52,346 nucleotides of DNA from Octopus sinensis (Eukaryota), in the NCBI RefSeq assembly GCF_006345805.1, contig NW_021833972.1:1-52346 (forward strand). The letters are read 5' to 3'. Positions 38,457 through 50,755 of the stretch are shown here, one piece after another. Made by a program: the position numbers and the translations under genes. Numbering within the stretch: the first letter of the stretch is position 1; each line of letters begins with the position of its first letter. Under the pieces are notes generated by a model. The model saw only the letters and a list, made by a program, of their open reading frames with translations. It had not been told where the DNA came from and did no database searches.

Positions 38457-38494
<38 letters not shown>

Positions 38495-38756
38495 CGTAAA
38501 GGGCTATGCTTTGCTCTCTGCATTTTTCCCGTTTGTGTTAGAGGACAAAGATTATGCCTCTAATGCCTCGGCTACTTATATGTGTGTACGTGTGTGTTTG
38601 TGTATGTGTGTATATGTGAGTGTATGTTTATGTGTACATGAGTGTGTTTGCGTGTGTGCAAGTATGTTTTGGGTGGGTGTGTACAATCTTATTAGATATG
38701 TTCGTATACACCAGGACGTGAAAAGACGTACGCTGCAGAAATTCTCTTTCTCTCTT

Positions 38757-38804
<48 letters not shown>

Positions 38805-39397
38805 AGAGCATCTTCTTATAGATAATATATAAAGAAAAGAAGTCATTCGTCACCGACCGAGTCATCGGACCATACGACATAGTTATGAATTACAACTTAC
38901 TATCTGTAGCTTACGACATGCAATGAAGCAGAAATGCTTACACTTTTCGGTCCGGTGAGGTTCTTCATAGGATGAAAGTTTAAATTTTTTAATAATGTCA
39001 TTAATTAAGCACACATATTTAGAAGAGAAAGGCGGAGGCGAGTGTTAAAGGCATTTGAAAAAAAAATAGGGCGTTTCATGCAATCGTGTAAGTTTCTAAA
39101 GAAAGCATTAAAATTCTTTAATCTTCTTGTCAAGATGGCAGATCCTCTAACTCCATCTAGCTCCATGTTTCATGAGGTTTACAACCTTAGTGGCTAACTT
39201 AAACGTTCCTTGTCGATCTGTTTATTATTCTTGTGTGGCGTCGCCTCGTAGGGGAGAATACAATTTTACGATAAACTCTAAAAACTGGAAAACATCTGTT
39301 AAATGAAGGAATGGATGAATGAAAAAATAATATGCTTTAATGGTTGAGGAGGAAAAGCCATTGACAAAACCACAGCACATCACCACACACACACACA

Positions 39398-39442
<45 letters not shown>

Positions 39443-40705
39443 ACACACTCACACACTGCATCATTACATTGCACGCGGGTCTTTCCTGGCCAGTTCTTGA
39501 TGCCATTTCCTATCTTCGTCATTCTCATTATTGAGAAAGACCATTTTCCACCCATTCACCATTCGAATATTTCGGCAGAGAGGTTCAGGGCCTTGATAAC
39601 TTGGTTATAAATAGGGATGAATAGGAAGTGGAAGTACAGATAGGGTTTCGAAAAGCATGAGACGAGAGGGAGCAGATTTTTGATATCAGAATCCTTAAGG
39701 AGAACGCCTAGATCTATAATGGTATATTGTGAAAATTAATTTGATAATAACCAACGCATTGAATAACAGGCCACTACCAGAATAATTATTTTACCGGTGA
39801 TGTGTGTGTATGTGTGTATAACACACACTCACACACACACGTACTCATACACACACAGAAAGAGAGAGAGAGAGAGATTCCATCCATATGTGTGTGTATG
39901 CATGTATGTATATAATATGATGTATATTCAGTGGAGCATGAAATAGAAAGTTTTGACTTACATTTTCAACAGCAGCTGGTCGTTTTTTTTTCTCTCTCTC
40001 TCTTCATGGTGTTTCGAAACAATTAGTTTCTAACCCGTACAAAAAGTTTTAGAATCGTATTTTGAATGCTGTTTGCTCTGACGTTTAATTATGTCTATAC
40101 AGGCAATTGTATAAAGTATTCATTTCTATAAAGCTTCAACGAATGTTAACCTATGATGTGAGTCAGTGTCCAATTAGATTTTATACTCGCTCTCTCATTT
40201 GAATTATATTTGATTCAATTCAAATGTTTCTTCATTGATAACCGCCCAGAATTGTCTTGGATTGAGTAAATATCATACACGCGGCTTCTGTATAGAATAA
40301 CTACACCTTCCCCATCTGCGCTCAGATTTGTGTATGTATACACACACACAAACACATATTAACCCACAGAAGCTAGTAGATATACCGATACACTTTCTGA
40401 TGCACATACACAAATACACACGAGGAAACACTGGTCTTCGAAGAGTGAGTTGACCTGTAATATGAGTGAAGTTAATATTTGTGGATAAATAGCTTAGATA
40501 TGTTTCGGTCAAAGACTGGCCCAGGCCAAATGAACTTAAATAGCACCAACTGGAGACACGCTTTAAAGTCAGTCGGTATTTGATATTGAAATATTTTCCC
40601 ATTATACACCGTTGTTTGTTGCTGTTGATATATTTTAGGCCCTGGTCAGTCGGATCCTCGTGCAAGAATGTACATTTGTATATGTTATACACGTATATGT
40701 GTATA

Positions 40706-40867
40706 GGCGTAGGAGTGGCTGTGTGGTAAGTAGCTTGCTTATCAACAACATGGTCCCGGGTTCAGTCCGACTGCGTGGCACCTTAGGCAAGTGTCTTCTG
40801 CTATAGCCTCGGGCCGACCAAAGCCTTGTGAGTGGATTTGGTAGACGGAAACTGAAAGAAGCCCGTC

Positions 40868-40913
<46 letters not shown>

Positions 40914-41103
40914 GATGAGTGTATTTTTACCTTGTTAACAATTAACACGGAAAAAAAAAAAATAGTTACCAGGGCAGCAAATGTTTATACCATTATTCTT
41001 TTGAATAGTATCAGTGGAATTTTCGAAACATGTGTCGAAAGTAAAAATATTTGATTACACCTGCTTTAACTCCATTTTTTTTATTCATATATATATATAT
41101 ATA

Positions 41104-41141
<38 letters not shown>

Positions 41142-41351
41142 ATATATTTTTGTGTGTCTGTGTTTGTCCCCCCAACATTGCTTAACAACCGATGCTGGTG
41201 TGTTTACGTCCCCGTAACTTAGTGGTTCGGCGAAAGAGACCGACAGAATAAGTACTAGGCTTACAAAGAATAAGTCCTGGGGTCGAGTTGCTCGACCAAA
41301 GGCACTGCTCCAGCATGGCCACAGTCAAATGAGTGAAACAAGTAAAAAGAG
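40706..41351 (+). mobile_element. SINE family A split by a ~175-bp insertion in its internal (TA)n
   Basis: 5' part 40706-40870 and 3' part ~41120-41351, with foreign sequence at ~40914-41088. Confidence 0.88.
41024..41088 (+). mobile_element. Diverged 3' half of the 1832-2523 HHR family
   Basis: CGAAACATGTGTCGAAAGTAAA...CTCCATTT...TTATTCATAT matches 2451-2523. Confidence 0.7.
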
Positions 41352-42242
41352 TATATGTGTTATTGAAGATCTGGTTATCTAGTTATCCTAAGTAGAAGCA
41401 AACCGTTTATCATTGATTCCGGTGTTGTCTCATCGCCTCTCTTTAAATAGAATCGATCTTTATCAAAGTTGACTTGAAAACAGTTTTTGATATTTATTCT
41501 TTCTTCAATTACTTGCTTCCATTTTCTGTCTGATGCCGCCACCAGAACTCGTTTTACAAAACCTCAAATAATGCAAAGTAAAGTCATTCTTATCGGGATT
41601 TGAACTAAGAGCATAAAATAAGTACCATGGAATATTTTGTTTTTCTGCTCTTTACAACCATTAATATTAACAACAACAATAATGATGATAATAATGGCAA
41701 TGATTTACATACTTTTATAACATTCTGGCAGATTCGAACGCAAAATATGTCATTTCGCATTTAAACTCTTTTCGTACTTCTTCTCCATAAAAGCCCATCT
41801 ACATTTTCCTGGTGATTTCTCATAACTAGGAGAGCAAAACATAAGTTATTGTTTCTGATCTTGTTGCTAACGGTTTCATCGTTTTACATTTTTGCGATTT
41901 TGAAAGTTGTTCTGTAGTTATTTGGCCTTCTAAGTCTTTCTCTTTCATATTGTTTTAATTATTCTTTTAATAACTATTTTCATGTCTGAAAAAATATTTC
42001 TCTACTCTTTCTAACATTCTGATGAAACATGAGTCTTCCTGCTGCTGTTGTCATCTTAGTTCTAATGTATAAAGTTGCCAACAGTTTTTGCAGAAATATA
42101 CTCAGTGAATGTAAACAAACATGACGATCCTTGTGATGTAAAACAAGAAGAAAAAACTGGAGTAAAGGTTAAATCATAGCTGGAATCCTTTTGTTAGTTA
42201 TGTAATATATATACAGGGGTTAGGCAAAATAATGGAGACATC

Positions 42243-43063
42243 GGATCCTTTCGGTTTGAACGGCAGTTTTTTCTAGCGGAGTCATATGAAATTGTCACCC
42301 ATAATTATGACCCTAGTATCGATCTATTGCATTTCAATCTATGTTAGGGTTAGGATTAGGGGTGGGAGGAAGGTTATCTTTTTTTCTTCACAAATGTAAA
42401 GGCGCAGGAGTGGCTGTGTGGTAAGTAGCTTGTCTACCAACCACATGGTTCCGGGTTCAGTCCCACTGCGTGACACCTTGGGCGAGTGTCTTCTACTATA
42501 GCCTCTGGCCGACCAAGCCTTGTGAGTGGATTTGGTAGACGGAAACTGAAAGAAGCCCGTCGTATATATGTATATATATATATATATGCGTGTGTGTGTT
42601 TGTCCCCTGGCATTGCTTGATAGCCGATGCTGGTGTGTTTATGTCCCCTTTACTTAGCAGTTCGGCAAGGAAGACCGATAGAATAAGTACTGGGCTTACA
42701 AAAGAATAAGTCCCGGGGTCGAGTTCCTCGATTAAAGGCGGTGCTCCAGCATGGCCGCATTCAAATGACTGAAACAAGTAAAAGAGTAAAAGAGTAAAAG
42801 AGTAAACTCAATTTGTTTCTTAAACGAGGGACATATTCATACGGCACAGAATATTTTTTACCTCAATAGACGTAATTGATTGGTTGAAATTGCAGAAATT
42901 GAAGAAAAAAAATACAACAAATATTTTACAAACTATAGAATTTTCTCAATAAAACCAAGAGAAAATGATGTTTTATAAACACATTCTACCAGTGTACGAA
43001 GTTAAAAATTTTTTAGTTACGTAGAAATTATGCTAAAAACTGCCGTTCAAACCGAAAAGATTC
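42243..43063 (+). mobile_element. MITE copy 5 (Merlin-like) interrupted by a SINE
   Basis: Same TIRs; perfect TSD GAGACATC (42235-42242 and 43064-43071). Confidence 0.92.
42401..42801 (+). mobile_element. SINE family A nested in MITE copy 5
   Basis: Full head-to-tail copy; the MITE sequence resumes after it. Confidence 0.92.
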
Positions 43064-43654
43064 GAGACATCTATTCTTATTTAACTTTTTTCTTTCTTTT
43101 GCCAACATACCAAAGTCAGAACTATTCATATGCATTATATTCAAGCCCTGCACTTCATGATATGGGCCTTTGTTTGAGATTTTTACAGATGCTTCTACTT
43201 AAATCAGTTAAATGCGTCATGTGATTTCCAAAGAGGAGAAAGTTGTTGGAACGCTAATAAAGTCCTGAATCACTTTTTACCTGGTGTCAGCATTTCGTTG
43301 CACAAACTAGGATTTATTCACAGACATACGGGCGCACGCACGCACACACACACACACACATACACACACACACATATATATATGTATATATGTAATAATA
43401 ATATTAGGGAGTATATCCAAACTTACAGGGAAAAAATTAGATTTAGGATTTAATCAAAATTCACAGTATAAATATAAATTAGAGATAAAACTACAATTAG
43501 GCAACTCAAACAGTGATAGGCATAAACCAAAACATAAAAAACAAAAAAATAAATATAATTAATATAATATATATATAGAAAATATAAAATTTGAAATTTA
43601 AATTATTAAAATTTCAAATTTTTAAATTTTTATATTTAAAAAAAATTTATATAT

Positions 43655-43904
43655 TACTCTTTACTCTTTTACTTGTTTCAGTCATTTGACTGCGGCCATG
43701 CTGGAGCACCGCCTTTAGTCGAGCAAAACGACACCGGGACTTATTCTTTGTAAGCCCAGTACTTATTCTATCGGTCTCTTTTTCCGAACCGCTAAGTGAC
43801 GGGGACGTAAACACACCAGAATCGGTTGTCAAGCAATGCTAGGGGGACAAACACAGACACACAAATACGTAGACGGAAACTGAAAGAAGCCTGTCGTATA
43901 TATG

Positions 43905-43935
<31 letters not shown>

Positions 43936-44150
43936 TAGTTAAGTTAATTATAACTAACTAATTAACTTAACTAACACACACACATATATATATACATATA
44001 TATGACATGCTTCTTTCAGTTTCCGTCTACCAAATCCAAATTGGTCGGCCCGGGGCTATAGCAGAAGACACTTGCCCAAGATGCCACGCAGTGAGACTGA
44101 ACCCGGAACCATGTGGTTGGTTAGCGAGCTACTTACCACACAGCCACTCC
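43655..44150 (-). mobile_element. SINE family A containing an internal fold-back (43869-44030)
   Basis: 3' part 43655-43866 and 5' part to 44150 lie on the minus strand. The middle segment is present in both orientations. Confidence 0.85.
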
Positions 44151-44195
<45 letters not shown>

Positions 44196-44417
44196 TGTGT
44201 GCGTGCACGCGTATGTCTGTGAACAGATCGTAGATTGTACAATGAAATGCTGACACACACACATATATATATATACGTATATATATAGCTTTTGTATTTG
44301 TTACTTAAAACGTTGTGAAAATCGTTCTTTGGGATTTCTGTGATATCCGACGAAGATGAAGGCAACAAAATGAACAAACCAGCAAACAACAACAACGAAA
44401 GCAACAACAACAACAAC

Positions 44418-44481
<64 letters not shown>

Positions 44482-45139
44482 TTACTTCACAAATATGACA
44501 AAGATTTATGTGTCATAGATGGAAGTTTCCCCGACTCAATGAGTCACCAGAATAATGATAACGTTAGTAATAATAATAAACAGGTATTGTTGTTTATATA
44601 GCTGGCATTTAGTAAGTAATTAGTCTGTACAATGTCGTTAATAGGATCTTTAGGTAACGTACTAAGAAATAGTCAGCACAACAAACGAATGAAACATACC
44701 ATATATATACATCCATCACAAACTTGTACACTGTCGCACACAGGTACACACAAAAACACACACACACACATCCTGATTAAAAGAAGGCAATATGAAACGA
44801 CTTTACCAATTTAGTTTTTGAAGCGGCAATGTTAGTAATTATCAAAACTATTTTCCGCATGACTAAACTGTAACAGTAAAAAACAGGAAGAAGGGGCTAA
44901 ATTTTGCTTTAATGACCGATGAGCTCATTAGGTGACTAGTGGGTGTCTCTCAACCTGCAACACAGAGAAGCCTAATCTCTCTCAACTCATAAACTATTGT
45001 CAACCTGCGAGACATAGGAGACAAAACCTTCTTCTTTTACACCTTACTGCCTTCAGTAAGGTCACTTCACCAATTAGAAATAACAACCACACTTTAAAAT
45101 TACGCAATATATTCACAAAGTGCTTTTACTCTTGGAATT

Positions 45140-45199
<60 letters not shown>

Positions 45200-45689
45200 G
45201 GTACTTAAGTTGAGGCACCAGAATTTAGTGCGTTATTATGCATACATTTTCAAAATAAGGTGGTTAAAATCAAAATAAACAGCAAGAATATCCCGAGCTA
45301 ATGCAGTACAATCGTTTCATGCAACTCCATTTAATTGAACTATGCAATCATTACATCAATTTAAAATGCAAAGCAATCGTCAACTTCTCCTTAACTTCTT
45401 GCAGATTTTAGGTATAATTATAGTAATATGTCCATCTGTTAAAATTTAATTAAATTGTATGTCTTTGTGCAGCTCAAGATTGCTCTGCATTTTAAATTGA
45501 TGTAATGATTGCATTGTGCTAGTACAATGACGATCTGTTGGAGCCCCTCATCGTTGAGAACGTCGTGAAAACTTTTGTGCTCTGATCTCGACTCTCCGCA
45601 GTATATTGCTGTGGGAAGCCAAAATGATTCACAACATCATCTTTCTACGTTTCCACTCTGATAGGAACATATTCCATTCACTCCGACTG

Positions 45690-46500
45690 GAGTGAATTCC
45701 TTTGCTCAAGGAATCCGGAGGAGCTCATCATGTACCTACTGCTTGCAGATGACTTCACCCTTCTAGCGCACACAGAGGAGGCCCTCAATACATGCGTGCC
45801 TACCTTTAGAAAGGCAGCCAAGGCTTTTGGTCTCACGATCAGTCTGAAGAAAACTGACTTATGCCGCATTCTGATTATCGCAAATCAGCATCGAAGAACA
45901 CCCACTAAACACAATCAAACACTTCACGTATCTGGGGAGCGACAGTTCAGGTGACACAGCCTGTGAAAAGGACGTTGGCAACCGAGTTAGGAAAACCAGA
46001 GCTTCCTTTGAACTTCTTCAGAAGCGTGTAGGTCAGAACCGTGCACTGAATCTGTCGATTGGGATCAAAGTCTGCCAAGTAATTGTGCTCACTGCTCGCC
46101 TCAGTGGGTCAGAAACTTGAATGTTAAACAAGAAATATGTTAAGCCGCTGGAACGCTTCCAGCAAAGATGCTTTCGGTCTACCACGGACATCTCATTGAA
46201 GGGACACATTACCAACAACGAAGTCCTCTAGCAGGTTAATGTCCTGGGCATTGCAATCATGATGGTTCTCATATAGCTCAAATGGAGGGCCACGTCTCAC
46301 GTATGGACTAATCCAGAATGCTGAAGGCTACATCGTGCAGCGAGCTCAGTCAGGGCAAGAGGAACAGAGAAATACCGAAAGTGTTTCAAAGACCAGCTGA
46401 AACGCCAGCTCGCATAGGCAGGGATGGCACCACTGGGTAGGAGGGAGTCGTAGCACAGAAGGAATTGTGCCGAGATTGCATCCCAAAAAACTGTATATCA
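45690..46500 (+). pseudogene. Decayed RTE-clade LINE, 3' end of reverse transcriptase ORF
   Basis: LLLADDFTLLAHTEEAL...FRKAAKAFGLTISLKKT, then RKTRASFELLQKRV, SGSET and GHVSRM-like segments typical of RTE/BovB-like RT. Many stops and frameshifts. Confidence 0.88.
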
Positions 46501-46824
46501 TCCGATGAACGTTAGATAGGCTGGAACTTCGAGATCACTGTGAAAACTATTATTGTTAAATAATACTCAAAATATACTCAACAAAATGTATTGAGTGCTC
46601 CTTCAGTTTAATGTAAATGGTAATATTTTTTTATTATAACTCGACATAACTACAAGTATTTATATGGTGTGTGGCGGGGTAACATGGCGGCGAGTGCTTG
46701 GGCTTTCCGAACGGGTGAAAGAAGCAGGAATTAATAGTGTTTATTAATTTATGTATATCTGAAACTTCCTTCCGTCTTTACTCTGAATTCCGAGTTTACT
46801 CGTAATATCAACTTTCATGTGTTT

Positions 46825-46919
<95 letters not shown>

Positions 46920-47729
46920 ACACACACGTGCATGTTCCCGTTATATGTTAACTGATGAAATAACCAATCCAACCATATTTTTTTTTTTATGAAAATACTT
47001 TCTCATTATTTTTCAACAACATACTTGAATGAATTAATCAAACTTAATTAACTGTCGTGTTAAGCTATAAGGGATCTCAACTAAATTTTAATTACTTTTA
47101 CATCGCATACTAATAATTAAAAACACTTCGTTTCTCTATAGATGAATATGCGTAAATTCCGAACCGGTGTGCTTAGGTGCGTGTGAGTGGGTCTTATATA
47201 TTACATAACTGATATAAATAACACACACACACCTACACACACATACACATACACACAAATGTGCACTTATTGATTGAATGGGGGCACCAACAACACATGT
47301 TTAAGAATATATATGTAAACAGACTTACACTCTTGTGTTTACTAAACACTCGTAGCTTCGTTGTAAAATTACCGTCCGTAGTAAAACCATAAACCTCTCA
47401 GCAAACAAGGGATCAACTGGTTTTGACTTTCATTTAACACCTCGTCAGGAGTATCTTTCTTTCTCTTACAGGTCGTACAATCCCCCTTCATAGTAAAATT
47501 AAACAAGATCAGAGGAGACTTCGTCAGCTTTCCATACTAAGGCAATGTCGGCCGTGAATTCATTTACCATTGTCCTGAAAAAGGCTTTATTCTATTTCTT
47601 TTTATACCATTTAATCGAAGCAAGGAGAGCATTGATGTTTAAGCCGATCCTGGCGGTCCTAAATCTCGGTGTTGATGCTTATAACCGGAAAGTAATTGAT
47701 CCGCACCGGTGTATGGTGAAGAGCTATAA

Positions 47730-48046
47730 GGCGGCCAGCTGGCAGAATCGTTAGCACGCCGGGCGAAATGCGTAGCCGTATTTCGACTGCCGTTACGTTC
47801 TGAGTTCAAACTCCGCCGAGGTCGACTTTGCCTTTCATCCTTTCGGGGTCGATTAAATAAGTACCAGTTACGCTCTGGGGTCGATATAATCGACTTAATC
47901 CGTTTGTCTGTCCGTGTTTGTACTCTCTGTGTTTAGCCCCTTGTGGGTAGTAAAAAAAATAGGTATTTCGTCTGCCGCTATGTTCTGAGTTCAAATTCTG
48001 TCAAGGACGACTTTACCTTTCATCCTTTCCGAGTCGATAAAAAAAA
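47730..48046 (+). mobile_element. SINE family B, dimer (second unit truncated)
   Basis: Full unit to 47962, then GTATTTCGTCTG... with the same junction as 21774/21775. Confidence 0.88.
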
Positions 48047-48340
48047 TGCCATAAAACAAAAAACAAACTGACTCTTCACCGATATAAGTAACCGTTGCTC
48101 TTTACCCTTGTTATTATCTCCCGTAGTAGTTTGAAAGCAACCACCGAATGCCACGCAGTGTAATTTCAATGTAACCCAGTCTGTTGATGTTTGATTTGTA
48201 AGGTTTATTCGATTAAAATTTCCTACTGTTTTAGTTGCATAGCAAAGCTATTTCTACAGATAATCCTTGTTTGGGTCCCATCTTATATTGTAAGTAATAA
48301 CACTTTCCCCGTCTACGAATGTATAAGGAGTGTCTTGAAC

Positions 48341-48554
48341 TTATAGGCGTGGGAGTGGCTGTGTTATAGGCGTAGGAGTGGCTGTGTTATAGGCGTAGGA
48401 GTGGCTGTGTGGTAAGTAGCTTGCTTAATAACCACATGGTTCCGGGTTCAGTCCCACTGCGTGGCACCTTAGGCAAGTGTCTTCTACTATAGCCTCGGGC
48501 CGACCAAAGCCTTGTGGGTGGATTTGGTAGACGGAAACTGAATGAAGTCCGTCG

Positions 48555-48630
<76 letters not shown>

Positions 48631-48844
48631 TGTGTCTGTGTTTGTCCCCCCAACATTGCTTGACAACCGATGCTGGTGTGTTTACGTCCCCGTAACTTAG
48701 CGGTTCGGCAAAAAAGGCCGATTGAATAAGTACTAGGCTTACAAAGAATAAGTCCTGGGGTCGATTCGTTCGACTAAAGGCGGTGCTCCAGCATGGCCGC
48801 AGTCAAATGACTGAAACAAGTAAGAGGGTAAAACAGTAAAAGAG
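48341..48844 (+). mobile_element. SINE family A with triplicated 23-bp 5' end
   Basis: TTATAGGCGT(G/A)GGAGTGGCTGTG x3 (48341-48409), then a complete SINE. Confidence 0.92.
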
Positions 48845-49759
48845 CATTTTACGATGATATTGACTCTGAATCCTTTTTTTCCTTTCGCTTAAATGTTTCT
48901 TTTCGTTTCTGTTGAACAAATTCTATTTTGAACTTGATTTAATATTTTAATTTTCAGTTTTAGAGAAATTGGTTTCCTTATTATTGCTTTGACATATAAT
49001 ACTAATATTTAATCTGAAAAATAGGCATCTAAATTATATGATATGTATTAAGTGCTTTTTAGCAGGTAGTCTCGGTTTCTGTCTCTGTCTATCTGTCTCT
49101 CTCTCCCTCTCTCTTACTCTCTCTCTCTCTCTTCTTTCTCTCTCCCTCTCTTATAAATGGCATCAACGCGAAATTTTATGAGAAAAACAAACAGAAACGA
49201 CGAAATCAATGAATGTTTCCCATTCATATATATATAAAGTTGAGTAAAAAACTATAAAATCATGCAATTCAACTTGACAGACAACTCTGCGTGTGTGTCT
49301 CCATTTTGGACATGAGTATGAACTTTCCCATGATGAAGGCTTGATAATTGTTAAGAGACTAACAAGCATGAAACCACTGGCAACCTTGTTCATCCAGAAA
49401 TAAATTATATATATATACACGTGCACACACACACACACACACGCGCGCATATCTATGTATATATTTACTATACGTGAGAGAGAGAGAGAGATCAAGTTAT
49501 ATACACCTCCCTGTTTCTCCCCACCAAAAATGCAGTGAACCACTGAAAAATGCTGCTCTTCATAAATTACAATATAACCAATAAATCGGATTAGCGATAT
49601 CTTGGCTGTTGAGTGCGGTGTTAGGATGGAAATATTAGAACTAATATTTGGTAGCGACAGCAGAGAATAGGAAAAAATACGTTGTTGTTTCACGTTATGG
49701 TCTTACTTGAATTCTCACTCGGAGTCAGTCTTCCTTGTTGTTCTTTCGTTTAGATAAAA

Positions 49760-50062
49760 CTAGCAGTATCGCCCGGCGTTGCTCGGGTTTGTAAGGGAAA
49801 TAATTATATAAGCATTTTTAGAGAGTTACTTCCCTTATATAATAGCCAAAAAATGCATTAAAAATGGGAAAAAATTATGGTAAATTTCTTTTTAAATTGT
49901 AGACTCATCGTAGACGCGCGCTAATACCCAGAAGGGCTCGATATGAATCACGACTATAAGATACCCGCTTTTGGTTAAACTGCACCGCAAAATGTGGGAG
50001 TAGTTAGGAATCTAAATCGTAGGAGACAGACACTCACACAACTTCACTTTTATATATAAAGA
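49760..50062 (-). mobile_element. Non-autonomous Helitron, second copy
   Basis: 5' TC, 3' CTAG, hairpin CCCGAGCAACGCCGGG, A|T target; matches 13012-13411. Confidence 0.85.
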
Positions 50063-50715
50063 TATAACACCACGCAAGTAATAGCTGAGCTAATTGATAC
50101 CAAAGTCTGTTGGAATGGTGGAATCAATTAGTGCATTTGAATAATATATATTTTATTAAATTTTAGCTTCATATTCTGAGACTAAAATGGAATTTACTTT
50201 CATATTTCCTTCCACAATAATGTTGGGGATAATACGCTGATGTGGATCAACTTGTGGATCAACAAAAACGTCTCACTTTTCATCAGGTTAATGTATCGTT
50301 ATCATTCAAACACGTGGTCAATCACGTGATCACAGCGTCCAAATCATTTTTTTTTTTTTGGTGAATGACGTAGTGAACCGCTCGTGTGTGCAATGTGGAC
50401 AGACATCGCCTGAATGTATCAGACATATAGAATACATGTCCGTGACATTCCTCATTCTTAAGATCACCTAAGGTTCATCTACACTATGCACACAGCCTCT
50501 CTGGGGAATCAAAGGACCAAGGACTGGTTTTAACACCAGCCAAAGAGATGGTGCCAGAGTGTCTTCGAGAGTGGGGTACATCGCGACCAATCTTTTATTT
50601 GAGTAATTAAAACTGTGGAGGAGAAACGCAGTCAACATTACGAGAAGAATTGATTTGTAACTCAGTGTCTCTCGCTCTCTCTCTCCTCTCTCTCCTCTGT
50701 CTGTCTGTCTCTCTT

Positions 50716-50755
<40 letters not shown>

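Larger units (their letters stand above)
35451..38458. mobile_element. Penelope-like element, 5'-truncated, as a head-to-head palindrome (arms 35451-36806 and 37019-38384)
   Basis: Arms of ~1.36 kb are near-identical reverse complements. Both carry the GIY-YIG C-terminus, a ~1.1-kb 3' region, an HHR and AATAAA. The right arm extends 74 nt further. (TA)n at both ends. Confidence 0.92.

Noticed and set aside
10808-48844. tRNA-like sequences at SINE heads
   Set aside because: A/B boxes are present, but there is no complete cloverleaf and they run into SINE bodies. They are not tRNA genes.
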